A DNA stretch of 64,000 nucleotides from an uncultured Alphaproteobacteria bacterium (GCA_944392225.1 CALXWB010000003.1:8723-72722); one strand, 5' to 3'. Counted from the stretch's first letter, positions 40,636 to 51,076 are shown. Notes: generated from the letters alone by a model not told the origin. Numbers and translations are program-made.

Positions 40636-42387
40636 CTAGAACAGGCGGAGAACGGCTTGGCTTGCTTGTGAAGCGAGTGAGAGGGAGTTAATTGCCAATT
40701 GTTGTTGCGTTTGCAGGGAGAGCATGTTGGCGGACTCTTCATTCATATCAGCCAATGTTAATTTATCCGCACCTTCTTCCAGAACATTAATCAAATTATC
40801 GGTAAAAGTTTCGCGCTCGGTGATAATCGAATAATAGTTACCGAGTTTGGTTGAGGCCGAGCGCAAGGTGTTTTTTGCGTTAGATAATTGTTCTATGGTT
40901 TTTTGCACATCATCTGCCGTTAGCCAATCGGCCGTTATTAAACCGATTTTATCGGAGCTCAAATCCACACCCATCACATCCAAAGTGGCGCTGCGATTTT
41001 CATTAAAAATCACTTTCAAATCATCTGCTTGAAGAAGATTAACGCCCTTGTATGAACTGTCTTTAATCAAAGAATCATATTGCGACAAAGTTTTGTTGAA
41101 ACTTGAAGTATATTTATCTTCCACCTTGCCTCTTAGGCTATTATCTCCCTTGAAATCAAAATCTTCCCAGCTATATTCCGTTTCGGTAAAATCTGCAAGA
41201 TTTTTGCGAATGTAATCTGCCGTAATAAATATATGGGGATCTGGTTTAACATTTCCTGTTAATGTGATATCTTTTGAGGCAACAAAACTTCCTTGATCTT
41301 GATAATTCAACCTTGCGCCGGTTTCAAAAATCATTGCTCCGGGGGTTGAATCGCTTTGCAATATGGACATTATATTATACCCCATCATATTTACTTCTGA
41401 GCCGGATTTAAAAGTTATATTGCCTTTTTGGGTTGTTACATCAAAAGCAAAAGTTCCTTTCGTATAAATATTCAATTTTCCATAGATATTGGCATTGTTA
41501 CTAATTGCATAATTATATAATGAGCCCTCATTTCTAATGGTTGTTTCGCCATATATGTCAACGACCGAAGATGCAGATGAATCAATGGCATAGATATAAT
41601 CATTTTCGGAAAGATCAAAAAAGTTTTTGCCGTCTATTTTTGTATTGTTTGAACCTAAGGCATATAAACCTCTTATATTGGTTTTGATGTCAATATTTTG
41701 CGCAAGCGTATTATTCGCACTGTTCAAATAAATACATTGCCCTTCTCCGTTTGACTTAACATCAATTGACAGATCTGAAATGATATTATTATCAGCACTT
41801 GAGCTTATTGCAGAAAAAGATCCTGTCCCATCATATTCAAACTTAAGCGAGGAGAATTTGTCGGTGTCGGAGTCAAATTTGCCATAATAACCAATACCCA
41901 CCAGTTTTTGATTGTCTTTTAAGGTGATGTTTTGGTCGCCCATGTCAATCTCGCCATAAATGCAAATCTCTTCTTTGCCGGCCTTGACGGCATTAATTAA
42001 TTCTTCTTTGCTGCTGACAACCGCACCGTTTTCTCCGACCAGGCTTTCAAAATAGCTTTTTTCTGGGATTTTTAAGTCTTCCAAAGCCGAATTGGCCGTG
42101 GCTTGCGCAATGGCTAAAAGCTCTTCCGCTTTTTCTATCCCTTCAGTGGCGGCTTTGATTGTTTGCACCGATTGGCCCATCGAATCAAGCAATGCGGACA
42201 AATCCTCGGCTCGGTTATTAAGCGAGCTGGCGGTGTAATAGGAACTGGGGTTATCTATGGCGGAATTAACTTTTAAGCCGGTGGATAAGCGTAATTGCGT
42301 GCTGTCCTGCAACTTTGAGATTTGTTGCAAGCTTAACAAATTGCTGCGCATGGACGCTGTTAAACTTATTTCTGACATATCCACCAA
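40636..42387 (-). CDS. Giant flagellin-domain protein 1 (flagellin N- and C-terminal D0/D1 helices with a large beta-helix-like central insert)
   Basis: The N-terminus (…ISLTASMRSNLLSLQQ…QLRLSTGLKVNSAIDNPSSYY…) and C-terminus (…LADMNEESANMLSLQTQQQLAINSLSLASQ…LRLF) match flagellin termini. The central ~350 aa is N/S/T/G/I-rich and repeat-like. Confidence 0.8.
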   Translation of the reverse strand: MVDMSEISLTASMRSNLLSLQQISKLQDSTQLRLSTGLKVNSAIDNPSSYYTASSLNNRAEDLSALLDSMGQSVQTIKAATEGIEKAEELLAIAQATANSALEDLKIPEKSYFESLVGENGAVVSSKEELINAVKAGKEEICIYGEIDMGDQNITLKDNQKLVGIGYYGKFDSDTDKFSSLKFEYDGTGSFSAISSSADNNIISDLSIDVKSNGEGQCIYLNSANNTLAQNIDIKTNIRGLYALGSNNTKIDGKNFFDLSENDYIYAIDSSASSVVDIYGETTIRNEGSLYNYAISNNANIYGKLNIYTKGTFAFDVTTQKGNITFKSGSEVNMMGYNIMSILQSDSTPGAMIFETGARLNYQDQGSFVASKDITLTGNVKPDPHIFITADYIRKNLADFTETEYSWEDFDFKGDNSLRGKVEDKYTSSFNKTLSQYDSLIKDSSYKGVNLLQADDLKVIFNENRSATLDVMGVDLSSDKIGLITADWLTADDVQKTIEQLSNAKNTLRSASTKLGNYYSIITERETFTDNLINVLEEGADKLTLADMNEESANMLSLQTQQQLAINSLSLASQASQAVLRLF

Positions 42388-42510
42388 CTACTTTTGTATA
42401 TTGTTTTTTCTTTTGGATGAGGTTTATTTAATACTCAAAACCTTTTCATCCGCTTTTTACAGTATCATGCCTTGGGTTAATGTTTGGTTAATGCACAAGA
42501 AAAAAGCTCC
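42100..42510. repeat. Inverted repeat, left copy (promoter/5'UTR plus first ~95 codons of flagellin-like gene 1)
   Basis: About 95% identical to the reverse complement of 60811-61205. The antisense ORFs 42257..42586 and 60820..61050 give near-identical peptides (MAELTFKPVDKRNCVLSCNF…), confirming the repeat. Confidence 0.85.
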
Positions 42511-42530
42511 TTTGCAGGAGCTTTTTTCTT
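42499..42530. terminator. Terminator after cvpA (hairpin symmetric on both strands)
   Basis: aaaaaagctcc-tttgca-ggagctttttt. Confidence 0.65.
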
Positions 42531-43290
42531 ACTCTACCGTATTTTCTATCAGCCGATCCAAATTGCTACGTTCGCTCGCATTATAGCTCTTGGCTTTAGC
42601 GGCTTCTTCTTTTTTCTTCTTCTCTGCCTCAAGCTTTTGGTTGGCCTTGCTGTTGTCTATCACCTTTATCGGCTTTTTCTCGGCTTTTTTGCCAACTTTC
42701 GGCTGTGCCAACATCTCAAACAAAACATCTATATCCGTCTTATTTTTATCTTCTTCAATCTGCTCTTCTTCATCTTCTTTGCTGACAGAACGCGTTTTTT
42801 CTCTTATCTTGACCAAAGTTGATTCGGGAATCAAATCTTCTATCGGTTTGGCAAAAGAACCGGCAATATTGAAATATTTTGACTCTTGCATTACTTTGGC
42901 TTGGTTTTCTTTCGGAACCATCCAGTTTATCAAAATATAGCACAAAATAACCAGCAAAAATGCTCTGAATATACCAAAAAACAACCCCAAAACCCTGTCC
43001 AAACCGCTCAATTTGCTCTTTCTGATTGAGCCGATGATTTTTGCTGTCAGAATAATCCAAAATATAAAAAATATGATGACAATTCCCGATGCCGTGGCAA
43101 CAGCCGCAACCGAGCCGTTTTCTACATAATTGGCAACAATCGGCGTGAAAACCGGCATTAAATAAATCACTGCAGCAATGGCTAAAACCCAGCCGATTAT
43201 TGATAAAACTTCTTTTATCAGCCCGCGGCTTAAGGCTATTAAGGCCGATATGGCAACAACTATCAATATTGCAACATCTAAACTGTTCAC
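42529..43290 (-). CDS. cvpA: CvpA-family membrane protein with a charged C-terminal extension
   Basis: N-terminal TM helices typical of CvpA (MNSLDVAILIVVAISALIALSRG…). Conserved position upstream of radA. Confidence 0.75.
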   Translation of the reverse strand: MNSLDVAILIVVAISALIALSRGLIKEVLSIIGWVLAIAAVIYLMPVFTPIVANYVENGSVAAVATASGIVIIFFIFWIILTAKIIGSIRKSKLSGLDRVLGLFFGIFRAFLLVILCYILINWMVPKENQAKVMQESKYFNIAGSFAKPIEDLIPESTLVKIREKTRSVSKEDEEEQIEEDKNKTDIDVLFEMLAQPKVGKKAEKKPIKVIDNSKANQKLEAEKKKKEEAAKAKSYNASERSNLDRLIENTVE

Positions 43291-43302
43291 GGTTTTTTCC
43301 TC

Positions 43303-44676
43303 TTAGTTAAACCAATTTATCAATCTTTGGACATTGCCAATTTCATAAACATTCATATCTGTGTGCAAACCGGCTTTTTTGTCCTTGTTATGCGTGGGGG
43401 GAACTATGCAACTTGCAAAACCAAGCTTTTGCGCCTCTTTCAAACGCAATGAAGGCTGGCTAACCGCCCTTATCTCTCCAGACAAACCAATCTCGCCAAA
43501 AATGACCATATCCGGCGGCAACGGCTTGTTGGTCATGGATGATATCACCGCCATGGCAACTGCTAAATCTGCTGCAGGTTCGCTTATCTTCAGCCCGCCG
43601 GCAATGTTCAAATATACATCTTGTGCACTTAAGTTCATGCCGCAACGGGCTTCCAAAACAGCCAAAACCATGGCCAGCCGGTTTGAATCCCACCCGACAA
43701 CGGCTCGCTTGGGACTGGCATAACCCGTGGGACTCACAAGTGCTTGAATCTCGACCAAAACCGGTCTGGAACCCTCTATTCCGGCAAAAACACAAGAACC
43801 TGATATATTGCCTTGCCTTTCGGCCAAAAATAAGGCTGATGGATTTTCAACTTCTACCAAACCTCTGTCTTGCATCTCAAAAACGCCAATCTCGTCCGTG
43901 GCGCCAAAACGGTTCTTAACCGCCCGCAAAATGCGAAAATGATGCCCCCTCTCGCCCTCAAAATACAGCACCGTATCTACCATATGCTCCAAAACGCGCG
44001 GACCAGCAATCGAACCTTGCTTGGTTACGTGCCCAACCACAAACAACGTAAACCCTTTTCTCTTGGCAAGCTTTATCAACTCATAAGAGCAAGCCCTCAC
44101 CTGTGTGACACTGCCGGGCGTGGACTCTACATCTTCTAAATACATGGTTTGGATGGAATCAATAATCACCACATTGGCATTGGACCTTTCCAACGTGGCA
44201 ACAATATCTCTGATATCCGTGGCAGAAGCTAAATGAACCGGCGCTTTTTCCAAACCAAGCCTTTTGGCTCTTATGCGCACCTGGTCTATTGCCTCTTCTC
44301 CGGAAATGTAAAAAACTTCCGGCCGGCTCGGCAATTCTGCCACTTTGGCACAGGCTTGCAATAATAAGGTAGATTTTCCAATTCCCGGATCGCCGCCAAC
44401 CAAAATCACCGAACCGGCAACCAAACCGCCGCCGCAAACTCTGTCCAGCTCTTTAATCCCCGTGGTCATGCGCTCCAGGTTTTCTGCCGCACCTTCCAAT
44501 GGCACAAAGTCTATCATCTTGCCTTTTTGCTTGGGTTTTAAATTTGAAAAACCCTCACCGTGAACTTGCTCTTCCACAATGGTGTTCCACTCCCCGCAAG
44601 AATCACACTTGCCTTGCCATTTGGGATATACGGCTCCGCAATTTTGGCAAACAAAATCTATCCCTTTTTTGGACAA
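43303..44676 (-). CDS. radA: DNA repair protein RadA/Sms
   Basis: N-terminal C4 zinc finger (CQNCGAV…CDSCGEW), RecA-like Walker A GDPGIGKST, and Lon-like C-terminal domain. Confidence 0.93.
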   Translation of the reverse strand: MSKKGIDFVCQNCGAVYPKWQGKCDSCGEWNTIVEEQVHGEGFSNLKPKQKGKMIDFVPLEGAAENLERMTTGIKELDRVCGGGLVAGSVILVGGDPGIGKSTLLLQACAKVAELPSRPEVFYISGEEAIDQVRIRAKRLGLEKAPVHLASATDIRDIVATLERSNANVVIIDSIQTMYLEDVESTPGSVTQVRACSYELIKLAKRKGFTLFVVGHVTKQGSIAGPRVLEHMVDTVLYFEGERGHHFRILRAVKNRFGATDEIGVFEMQDRGLVEVENPSALFLAERQGNISGSCVFAGIEGSRPVLVEIQALVSPTGYASPKRAVVGWDSNRLAMVLAVLEARCGMNLSAQDVYLNIAGGLKISEPAADLAVAMAVISSMTNKPLPPDMVIFGEIGLSGEIRAVSQPSLRLKEAQKLGFASCIVPPTHNKDKKAGLHTDMNVYEIGNVQRLINWFN

Positions 44677-44677
44677 A

Positions 44678-45454
44678 CTATACCTCCACTTTTATCGGAC
44701 CTTCCGAACTGCCGTTGATAAACTGGCGAACATATTCATTATCCGTTTTATCCAGCTCTTTGACCGTGCCTTGCCAGATGATTTTTCCCTTATACAACAT
44801 GGCAATTTTATCGGCAATCTTTCTGGCTGAAGCCATATCATGCGTAATGGTTAGAGCCGTGGCTCCCAAACCTTTTACAGACTCATTAATCAAACCATTA
44901 ATTACATCTGACATTATGGGGTCCAAACCTGTGGTCGGCTCATCAAAAAAGATAATTTCCGGCCTGGTGGCAATGGCTCTGGCCAAACCTACACGCTTTT
45001 GCATACCGCCTGACAATTCTGACGGATATAAATCTGCCACATCCGGCGCCAGTCCGACTTGACGCAAAACTCTTATGGCTTCCATCTTGGCGTTCTTTTT
45101 ATCCATCTTTTGGTTTTCTATCAAACCAAAGGCCACGTTTTCCCACACGCTCAAACTATCAAACAAAGCGCCGCCTTGAAATAACATCCCCATTTTGGCA
45201 TGAAGTCTTTCTTTTTCTTTCTCAGAAACACCGACAACTTCTTCATCATCTATCAAAATGGAACCTTGCTCCGGCGTCAAAATGCCTTGAATGCACTTAA
45301 TCAACACAGATTTTCCCGTGCCGGAACCGCCTATCACTACTAAAGACTCACCCTTCTTGATTTCCAAATCCAAACCATCCAAAACAACTTTTCTACCAAA
45401 GGCCTTGTGAAGATTGGTTATTTTTATCTTTATATCACTCATGTTTTTCTCCAC
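44678..45454 (-). CDS. mlaF: ABC transporter ATP-binding protein (MlaF-like)
   Basis: Walker A GGSGTGKS, signature LSGGMQKR, Walker B IIFFDEPT. Confidence 0.85.
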   Translation of the reverse strand: MEKNMSDIKIKITNLHKAFGRKVVLDGLDLEIKKGESLVVIGGSGTGKSVLIKCIQGILTPEQGSILIDDEEVVGVSEKEKERLHAKMGMLFQGGALFDSLSVWENVAFGLIENQKMDKKNAKMEAIRVLRQVGLAPDVADLYPSELSGGMQKRVGLARAIATRPEIIFFDEPTTGLDPIMSDVINGLINESVKGLGATALTITHDMASARKIADKIAMLYKGKIIWQGTVKELDKTDNEYVRQFINGSSEGPIKVEV

Positions 45455-45461
45455 CTAAAGC

Positions 45462-46241
45462 TTATTTTGAAAAGAACATACCTGTTATGATGTAGTTGAA
45501 AATCAAAATCAAAATTGACGATGATACAACCGCATTGGTGGTGGCTTCACCAACACCTTGCGCGCCGCCTTTGGATTTGAAACCGTTATAACAACCCATT
45601 ATGGCTATGATAAATCCAAAGACTGCCGCTTTCACCACACCTGTTGTGATATCCAGTGTTTCTAAATTCTCTATTGTTGATTTTATATAATTGGCCGGGT
45701 TGAAACCTAATTGATAAACACCTACAACATAGCCGCCAAAAATTCCTATCACATCACCAATCAAAACTAATATCGGCAAAACAACAACTGCCGCAACAAC
45801 TCGCGGCGTGATTAAATATTTATACGGATTGGTTGACAATGTGGTCAGAGCATCTATTTGCTCGGTCACACGCATGGTGCCAATCTCGGCTGCCATGGCT
45901 GCACCTATACGCCCTGCCACCATTAAGGCAGACAAAACCGGCGCCAATTCTCTTGTTACCGAAATCAAAACAACCGAGGCCACCGCACTCTCGGCTCCAA
46001 AACGAGAAAATCCAGAATAACTCTGAATGGCAATCACCATACCGGCAAAAATGGTGGTCAAACCCACAACCGGCAATGAATAAAAACCTATATCCATGAC
46101 TTGACGCATCAAATTGCGACCATAAAACGGCGGAACAAAGCAATTGGCCACCGATCGCATGACAAATATGGATAACTCTCCCAAGCTTGAAAAAAACTTA
46201 ACCAAAGGCTGGCCAAGTCTGCGCAAAAATTTTTGGATCAT
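45462..46241 (-). CDS. mlaE: ABC transporter permease (MlaE-like)
   Basis: MlaE/YrbE-family permease with multiple TM helices. Directly upstream of mlaF. Confidence 0.8.
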   Translation of the reverse strand: MIQKFLRRLGQPLVKFFSSLGELSIFVMRSVANCFVPPFYGRNLMRQVMDIGFYSLPVVGLTTIFAGMVIAIQSYSGFSRFGAESAVASVVLISVTRELAPVLSALMVAGRIGAAMAAEIGTMRVTEQIDALTTLSTNPYKYLITPRVVAAVVVLPILVLIGDVIGIFGGYVVGVYQLGFNPANYIKSTIENLETLDITTGVVKAAVFGFIIAIMGCYNGFKSKGGAQGVGEATTNAVVSSSILILIFNYIITGMFFSK

Positions 46242-46322
46242 AACCTTACTCTTTCAAGTTAATTAACATGTTTAATCGTATATTATGACGCCAAATTTCA
46301 GAAATCAACTAACTTATGAATT

Positions 46323-46739
46323 TTATCTCAAAGATAATGCCAAAATTATCTTTTCGGCCGCTGATGCTTCAAACGGATGAACCCGAATCTTGGGGATTTT
46401 TACTCCTTCTATCTCTTCAAATTCTGCTTCGGGATAACGCTCTATCTTATTAAAATCATCTTCCAAATCAACAACCAAGTCTATAATTTCTGACCTTTTG
46501 GCCGGAAAATGCGCCAAACCAATCCCCCTTACCTCAAGCATGTTGGCAATGGTCTTGATGCCATAGGCTTTGAGTTTGCCTTTCTTTTCAAAAACATCAA
46601 GTCTGTCATCTCCAACCAAAAGACAGCCTTTGTTCATGATCAAACGCAAACACAAATCCGATTTGCCGGAACCCGATTTACCCCGAATCAAAATCCCTTT
46701 TCCATAATAGGAAACACATGATGCATATATATTGGCCAT
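46323..46739 (-). CDS. hprK: Truncated HPr kinase/phosphorylase (C-terminal kinase domain only; alphaproteobacterial type)
   Basis: P-loop GKSGSGKSDLCLRL plus HprK C-domain signature. About 138 aa, as in Rhizobiales. Confidence 0.8.
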   Translation of the reverse strand: MANIYASCVSYYGKGILIRGKSGSGKSDLCLRLIMNKGCLLVGDDRLDVFEKKGKLKAYGIKTIANMLEVRGIGLAHFPAKRSEIIDLVVDLEDDFNKIERYPEAEFEEIEGVKIPKIRVHPFEASAAEKIILALSLR

Positions 46740-47209
46740 TATCTTTTACCGTTTAGTTGATTGAAACGTTTTTTGTCTTCTTCTTGTGTGCAGAAAACCT
46801 CAAACAAGCGCCCTTCCGCCTGCGGCGTTATCTTTATGCTGATGGCTCTTCTGGGCAAATATCCCCCCATGTTTTCCGGCCACTCAATCAAACAAACACC
46901 TTGATACATGGCATCTTCCATCCCAAGCTCAAATATCTCTTCCGCCTCTTTTAACCGATATAGGTCAAAATGATATATATCAAAATTCGGCGTTTCATAA
47001 GTTTGCAGAAGCGTGAAGGTTGGGCTCGGAACATCCGTGTCTTTCAAAAAACTTTGAATAAATGCACGGCTGAAAACACTTTTGCCCATGCCAAGCGTGC
47101 CGAATAGTGCAAAAATATCTCCCTTTTGTGCTATTTTTGCCACGCGCCGACCAAAATCTTTTGTTTCTTCTTCCGTTTTGGAAAGATATTGATATACAGC
47201 ATCCGTCAT
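46739..47209 (-). CDS. tsaE: tRNA threonylcarbamoyladenosine biosynthesis protein TsaE
   Basis: Walker-A-like GTLGMGKS with TsaE/YjeE family architecture. 156 aa. Confidence 0.85.
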   Translation of the reverse strand: MTDAVYQYLSKTEEETKDFGRRVAKIAQKGDIFALFGTLGMGKSVFSRAFIQSFLKDTDVPSPTFTLLQTYETPNFDIYHFDLYRLKEAEEIFELGMEDAMYQGVCLIEWPENMGGYLPRRAISIKITPQAEGRLFEVFCTQEEDKKRFNQLNGKR

Positions 47210-47210
47210 T

Positions 47211-48164
47211 TTAAAAACCTAACATGCTTTTGCGTTCTTTTTTCGGTTGCGTTACCTTTATGTTTGGTTTTTGCGCTTTCATTTTGCGCCAATCTTCCGG
47301 GCTGTAAAATTTTCCTTGCCACAAACCGTCCCGTCTACTCATGGCTTGTTCTTGGTAGGGAACATAGATATCTGAATATTTGGTATAAGCCAAAGCCCAG
47401 CCTGCATTTACCAAAGCGGCACCAATATCATATTGCCCCAAAGAACAAACACCCGACATATTGCCGTTTTTGTCTTGCTGCATGATATGACATTCCACAG
47501 GGTTATCCATCAACCAATCTCTGAGCCAGGTGGCAGCAACTTTTCCGCAGTGATATGCACGACCCATTTTGTTGGCACAAGTTTGATCAATTTCCGGCGC
47601 ATCTATACCAAACAACCTGATATAATAACCGTCCATCATTAAGGTATCGGCATTTACAACTCTGACTTTTCCCACAATGGAGGGATAATCTTGCGGAGTC
47701 ATGGCTCCGCCTTGTTTTTGGCCAGATACTTTATTCAAGGCTCTTTTAAACGAACTCCCTTCTTTATTGTTATATGCCGAACCCCTAATTTGCGGCATGT
47801 CATCTACCGTTTGACTTTCTTCTATATCCTCTTTTTCCAAAATCATCATTGCCGGGTCATTTTGGGTTTGACCTTGACCCAAAAATGACTGCAGTGTCGG
47901 AATAACATTTCCAACACCGTTGTTAAACCCGCCGATGGCATAAATTATAAACGTTGTTATACCGGCAAAAACCAAAAACGAGGGCAAGCAACCCATGGCT
48001 CGCCAAGCCATTTTTAAAAATAAATATAAAACGACTAACCCGATTAAAAACAATATAAAGCCGCCGCCTTGAACAATCATGCTCTTGCTTTGCGTGCCGG
48101 CTCCTCCCCAAAATATTAAGAGGAAAGCACCCATTGCCGTTAAAATTCTTTTGAGAAAGCCCAT
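47211..48164 (-). CDS. Membrane-anchored staphylococcal-nuclease (SNase/thermonuclease) domain protein
   Basis: N-terminal multi-TM region. The C-terminus carries SNase motifs (…VVNADTLMMDGYYIRLFGIDAPE…). Confidence 0.7.
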   Translation of the reverse strand: MGFLKRILTAMGAFLLIFWGGAGTQSKSMIVQGGGFILFLIGLVVLYLFLKMAWRAMGCLPSFLVFAGITTFIIYAIGGFNNGVGNVIPTLQSFLGQGQTQNDPAMMILEKEDIEESQTVDDMPQIRGSAYNNKEGSSFKRALNKVSGQKQGGAMTPQDYPSIVGKVRVVNADTLMMDGYYIRLFGIDAPEIDQTCANKMGRAYHCGKVAATWLRDWLMDNPVECHIMQQDKNGNMSGVCSLGQYDIGAALVNAGWALAYTKYSDIYVPYQEQAMSRRDGLWQGKFYSPEDWRKMKAQKPNIKVTQPKKERKSMLGF

Positions 48165-48266
48165 GTCTTCACCATTTATGTTGTTTCAAATTTATTATAA
48201 TATCTTCTATTTTAGTAAATATATCGTTACTTTCAACAAAATAAAGGTCTTGTTTGACCAAGACCT

Positions 48267-48575
48267 TTATTTTATTAATTTTATTTCAGAAGTTGCTTTA
48301 TCATAAACCTTTTCCGTGGCGGTTTCTATTCCCGGCTTGCTAAACTCTATGATATCAAAGTAGCTTAACAAAAACACCAAAAAAGCTATCGTCAAAACAA
48401 AAATCAATATTCTCCAGGCAATTTTGGCAATTAAATACAAAATCATTATTCCGCCCGTTATTGCGGCAGCATAAGCCAGCTTTTTGACCAACTCCTCATC
48501 ATCAAAGCCAACCGATGCCACCAACAGCACGGCAACAATAAAAATCGTTATCAAAAATTTTTTTATATATTGCAT
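48267..48575 (-). CDS. Small hypothetical membrane protein
   Basis: 102 aa with three predicted hydrophobic helices. Confidence 0.45.
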   Translation of the reverse strand: MQYIKKFLITIFIVAVLLVASVGFDDEELVKKLAYAAAITGGIMILYLIAKIAWRILIFVLTIAFLVFLLSYFDIIEFSKPGIETATEKVYDKATSEIKLIK

Positions 48576-48576
48576 C

Positions 48577-49560
48577 TTAATCTACAACTTTTATTGAAAA
48601 TTTTTGATTGCTTGCTTCTGAATTTGTATTTTTAAATACAGTGTTTACGCTATTGTTTGTATTTTGTTTATTTTTGTTTTCCAAAATACTCAATATCATA
48701 TCCAATTCTGCTGCAGAAGCATATTGCAAAGTAACCTTACCGCCGCCTTGCTTGCTCGGCGTGATTTTGATTCTCAAGCCAAGCTCTTTTCTCAAATCAT
48801 TTTCAATTTCTTCAATATCTTCATCAATCGGCCTTGGATTCTTTGCTTTTTTAGGCTCTTTTTGTTTTGAGACCAAATCTTCTACCTGGCGCACGTTCAA
48901 ATCTTTGGCAATGATTTGCTTGGCCAAAGCCACAGCATTGTCCAACCCTACCAAGGCTCGCGCATGTCCGGCTGAGATTTTGTTTTCTTTTACCATCTCT
49001 TGAACTTCTGCCGGCAGACTCAACAATCTCAACGTGTTGGCAATTTGGCTTCTTGATTTTCCGACAACCTGGGCTAGTGCTTCCTGCGTGTGCGAAAATT
49101 CATCCATCAGTCTTTTATATCCTTCTGCCTCTTCTATGGCTGAAAGATTTTCTCTGAGCAGGTTCTCAATCAAGGCAACTTCCAAAGCCTCTTTGTCAGA
49201 AAAATCTTTCACTATTACAGGCACTTCTTTCAAACCGGCTTCTTTTGAAGCTCTCCAGCGTCGTTCTCCGGCAATAATCTCATATTTATCGCCTTGCTTT
49301 CTCACCAACAGCGGCTGCAAAACACCTTTTTCTTTTATTGATTCTACCAAAGAATCTAAGGCGGCTTTATCAAACTCGGTTCTTGGCTGATATTTTCCGG
49401 GAACAAGTTTATCAATATCCACCCTGTCACCGGTTTTTGCTTCTTTGCCGGCTTCATTTCTACCCGGCTTATCTGACAAAACATCTAAGCCCAAATCTTC
49501 TCCGCCCAAAAGAGCTCCTAAGCCACGACCCAAATTTTTTTTCTTGTTTTCTTCTAGCAT
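48577..49560 (-). CDS. parB: Chromosome partitioning protein ParB
   Basis: ParB box GERRWRA, HTH region, and C-terminal dimerisation domain. Confidence 0.93.
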   Translation of the reverse strand: MLEENKKKNLGRGLGALLGGEDLGLDVLSDKPGRNEAGKEAKTGDRVDIDKLVPGKYQPRTEFDKAALDSLVESIKEKGVLQPLLVRKQGDKYEIIAGERRWRASKEAGLKEVPVIVKDFSDKEALEVALIENLLRENLSAIEEAEGYKRLMDEFSHTQEALAQVVGKSRSQIANTLRLLSLPAEVQEMVKENKISAGHARALVGLDNAVALAKQIIAKDLNVRQVEDLVSKQKEPKKAKNPRPIDEDIEEIENDLRKELGLRIKITPSKQGGGKVTLQYASAAELDMILSILENKNKQNTNNSVNTVFKNTNSEASNQKFSIKVVD

Positions 49561-50333
49561 GCCAATAATTCCTTTTCTCTTTTCAAAACTTCACCCGTTA
49601 AACTGATATATGCTTGTGAGCCCGGACATTTAAAATCATATATTAAAACCGGCTTGCCATGTGACGGAGCTTCCGAGATTTTTACATTTCTCGGAATCAC
49701 GGTTTGATAAACCTTTTTGCCAAAGAAGTTGCGCACATCTTCTTCAACCTGTTGGGTTAAATTGTTTCTTCTGTCATACATGGTCAAAACAACGCCTTGC
49801 AGCTCTAAATCCGGATTAAATACTCTTTTGATTTGGTTAATGTTGCGAATCAAGTCTGTTATTCCCTCCAAAGCCAAAAATTCGCATTGCAGAGGAACAA
49901 TAACGGCATTGGCCGCAACCAAAGCATTGATTGTTATCAAGCTCAAAGACGGCGGACAATCTATCAATATATAATCATAATTAACAGCCTCTTCCTTCAG
50001 CGCATTTTTCAAGGCAAATTCTCTTTTCTCCACATCTACCAATTCTATTTCGGCACCCGCCAAGTCTTCTGACGACGGAACAATGGAAAAGTTCGGAATC
50101 TCTGTCCAAACCACAGCTTCAGACAATTTTGCTTCACCAATCAGCACCTCATAAGAAGATATCATTCTGCCTCTTTTATTCACACCCATTGAGGTTGAGG
50201 CATTGCCTTGCGGATCAAGGTCAATCAGCAGCACCTTTTTGCCGGCCGCAGCCATGGCTGTTGCCACATTGACCGTTGTTGTTGTTTTTCCAACACCACC
50301 CTTGCGATTTGCAATTGCTATGATTCTTGGCAT
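49554..50333 (-). CDS. parA: Chromosome partitioning ATPase ParA
   Basis: Deviant Walker A KGGVGKTTT. Confidence 0.93.
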   Translation of the reverse strand: MPRIIAIANRKGGVGKTTTTVNVATAMAAAGKKVLLIDLDPQGNASTSMGVNKRGRMISSYEVLIGEAKLSEAVVWTEIPNFSIVPSSEDLAGAEIELVDVEKREFALKNALKEEAVNYDYILIDCPPSLSLITINALVAANAVIVPLQCEFLALEGITDLIRNINQIKRVFNPDLELQGVVLTMYDRRNNLTQQVEEDVRNFFGKKVYQTVIPRNVKISEAPSHGKPVLIYDFKCPGSQAYISLTGEVLKREKELLAC

Positions 50334-50957
50334 TTATTTTTCTCCTTTTTTCAACAGATGACTGATGACTAAAATTTTTCCTTCTTCACTGGTTTCACTG
50401 TCAAAAATTTGACAATCAAAAGACCAATGTTTTTTTGCTTCTTCAATTTCTTCAGCATATTTTTTGCCTTTAGGAAAAATGCAGGTTGTTTTTGTTGAAG
50501 CAAAGTTTTTGGTATAATTAAACAGATTATCTAAAGAGGTCATGGCGCGTGACGTTATCACATCGACCTTTTCTTTTTTTATATTTTCGATTCTTTGATT
50601 GATGATTTCAACATCAACTTGGCAAATTTTTTTCACTTCGTTTAAATACAGTGTTTTTTTGGTTATACTTTCAATCAAGCTCACTTTTAAATACGGTGTT
50701 TTTTCTTTTGCCATTATGGCCAACACCATACCCGGAAAGCCTGCTCCAGAACCAAAGTCCACCAGGGTTTTGGCCTCTTTCGGAATGTATTTAAACAACT
50801 GTGCTGAGTCAACAAAATGTCTGTTCCAACAATCTTCCAAAGAAGAGTTGCTCACCAGATTAAACTTGTTTTGCCACTCTCTCAACAAAGATTCGTAGGT
50901 TTTTAATTGCTCAAATGTTTCACGTGAAACATTGTATTTTTCCATAAAATTTTTCAT
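50334..50957 (-). CDS. rsmG: 16S rRNA (guanine527-N7)-methyltransferase RsmG (GidB)
   Basis: SAM-binding motif DFGSGAGFPG. Conserved mnmG-rsmG-parA-parB order. Confidence 0.9.
   Translation of the reverse strand: MKNFMEKYNVSRETFEQLKTYESLLREWQNKFNLVSNSSLEDCWNRHFVDSAQLFKYIPKEAKTLVDFGSGAGFPGMVLAIMAKEKTPYLKVSLIESITKKTLYLNEVKKICQVDVEIINQRIENIKKEKVDVITSRAMTSLDNLFNYTKNFASTKTTCIFPKGKKYAEEIEEAKKHWSFDCQIFDSETSEEGKILVISHLLKKGEK
50916..50931. promoter_or_regulatory. parS: parS centromere site (perfect TGTTTCACGTGAAACA)
   Basis: 16-bp perfect palindrome inside the 5' end of rsmG, encoding VSRET. Confidence 0.85.
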
Positions 50958-51076
50958 AAATTATTTATAAAAAATTTTTATACTTTTTAAAATACAAAAA
51001 CTCGACTTATAAACACATATTTTATAAGAAAATAAAAAGAATCTAAAAACAAAGAGTTAAACCATATTTTTTGAAT

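Noticed and set aside
42257-42586. Track ORFs 42257..42586(+) and 60820..61050(-) encoding near-identical peptides (MAELTFKPVDKRNCVLSCNF…)
   Set aside because: These are antisense readings of the duplicated 5' ends of the two flagellin-like genes. They are evidence of the inverted repeat, not genes.
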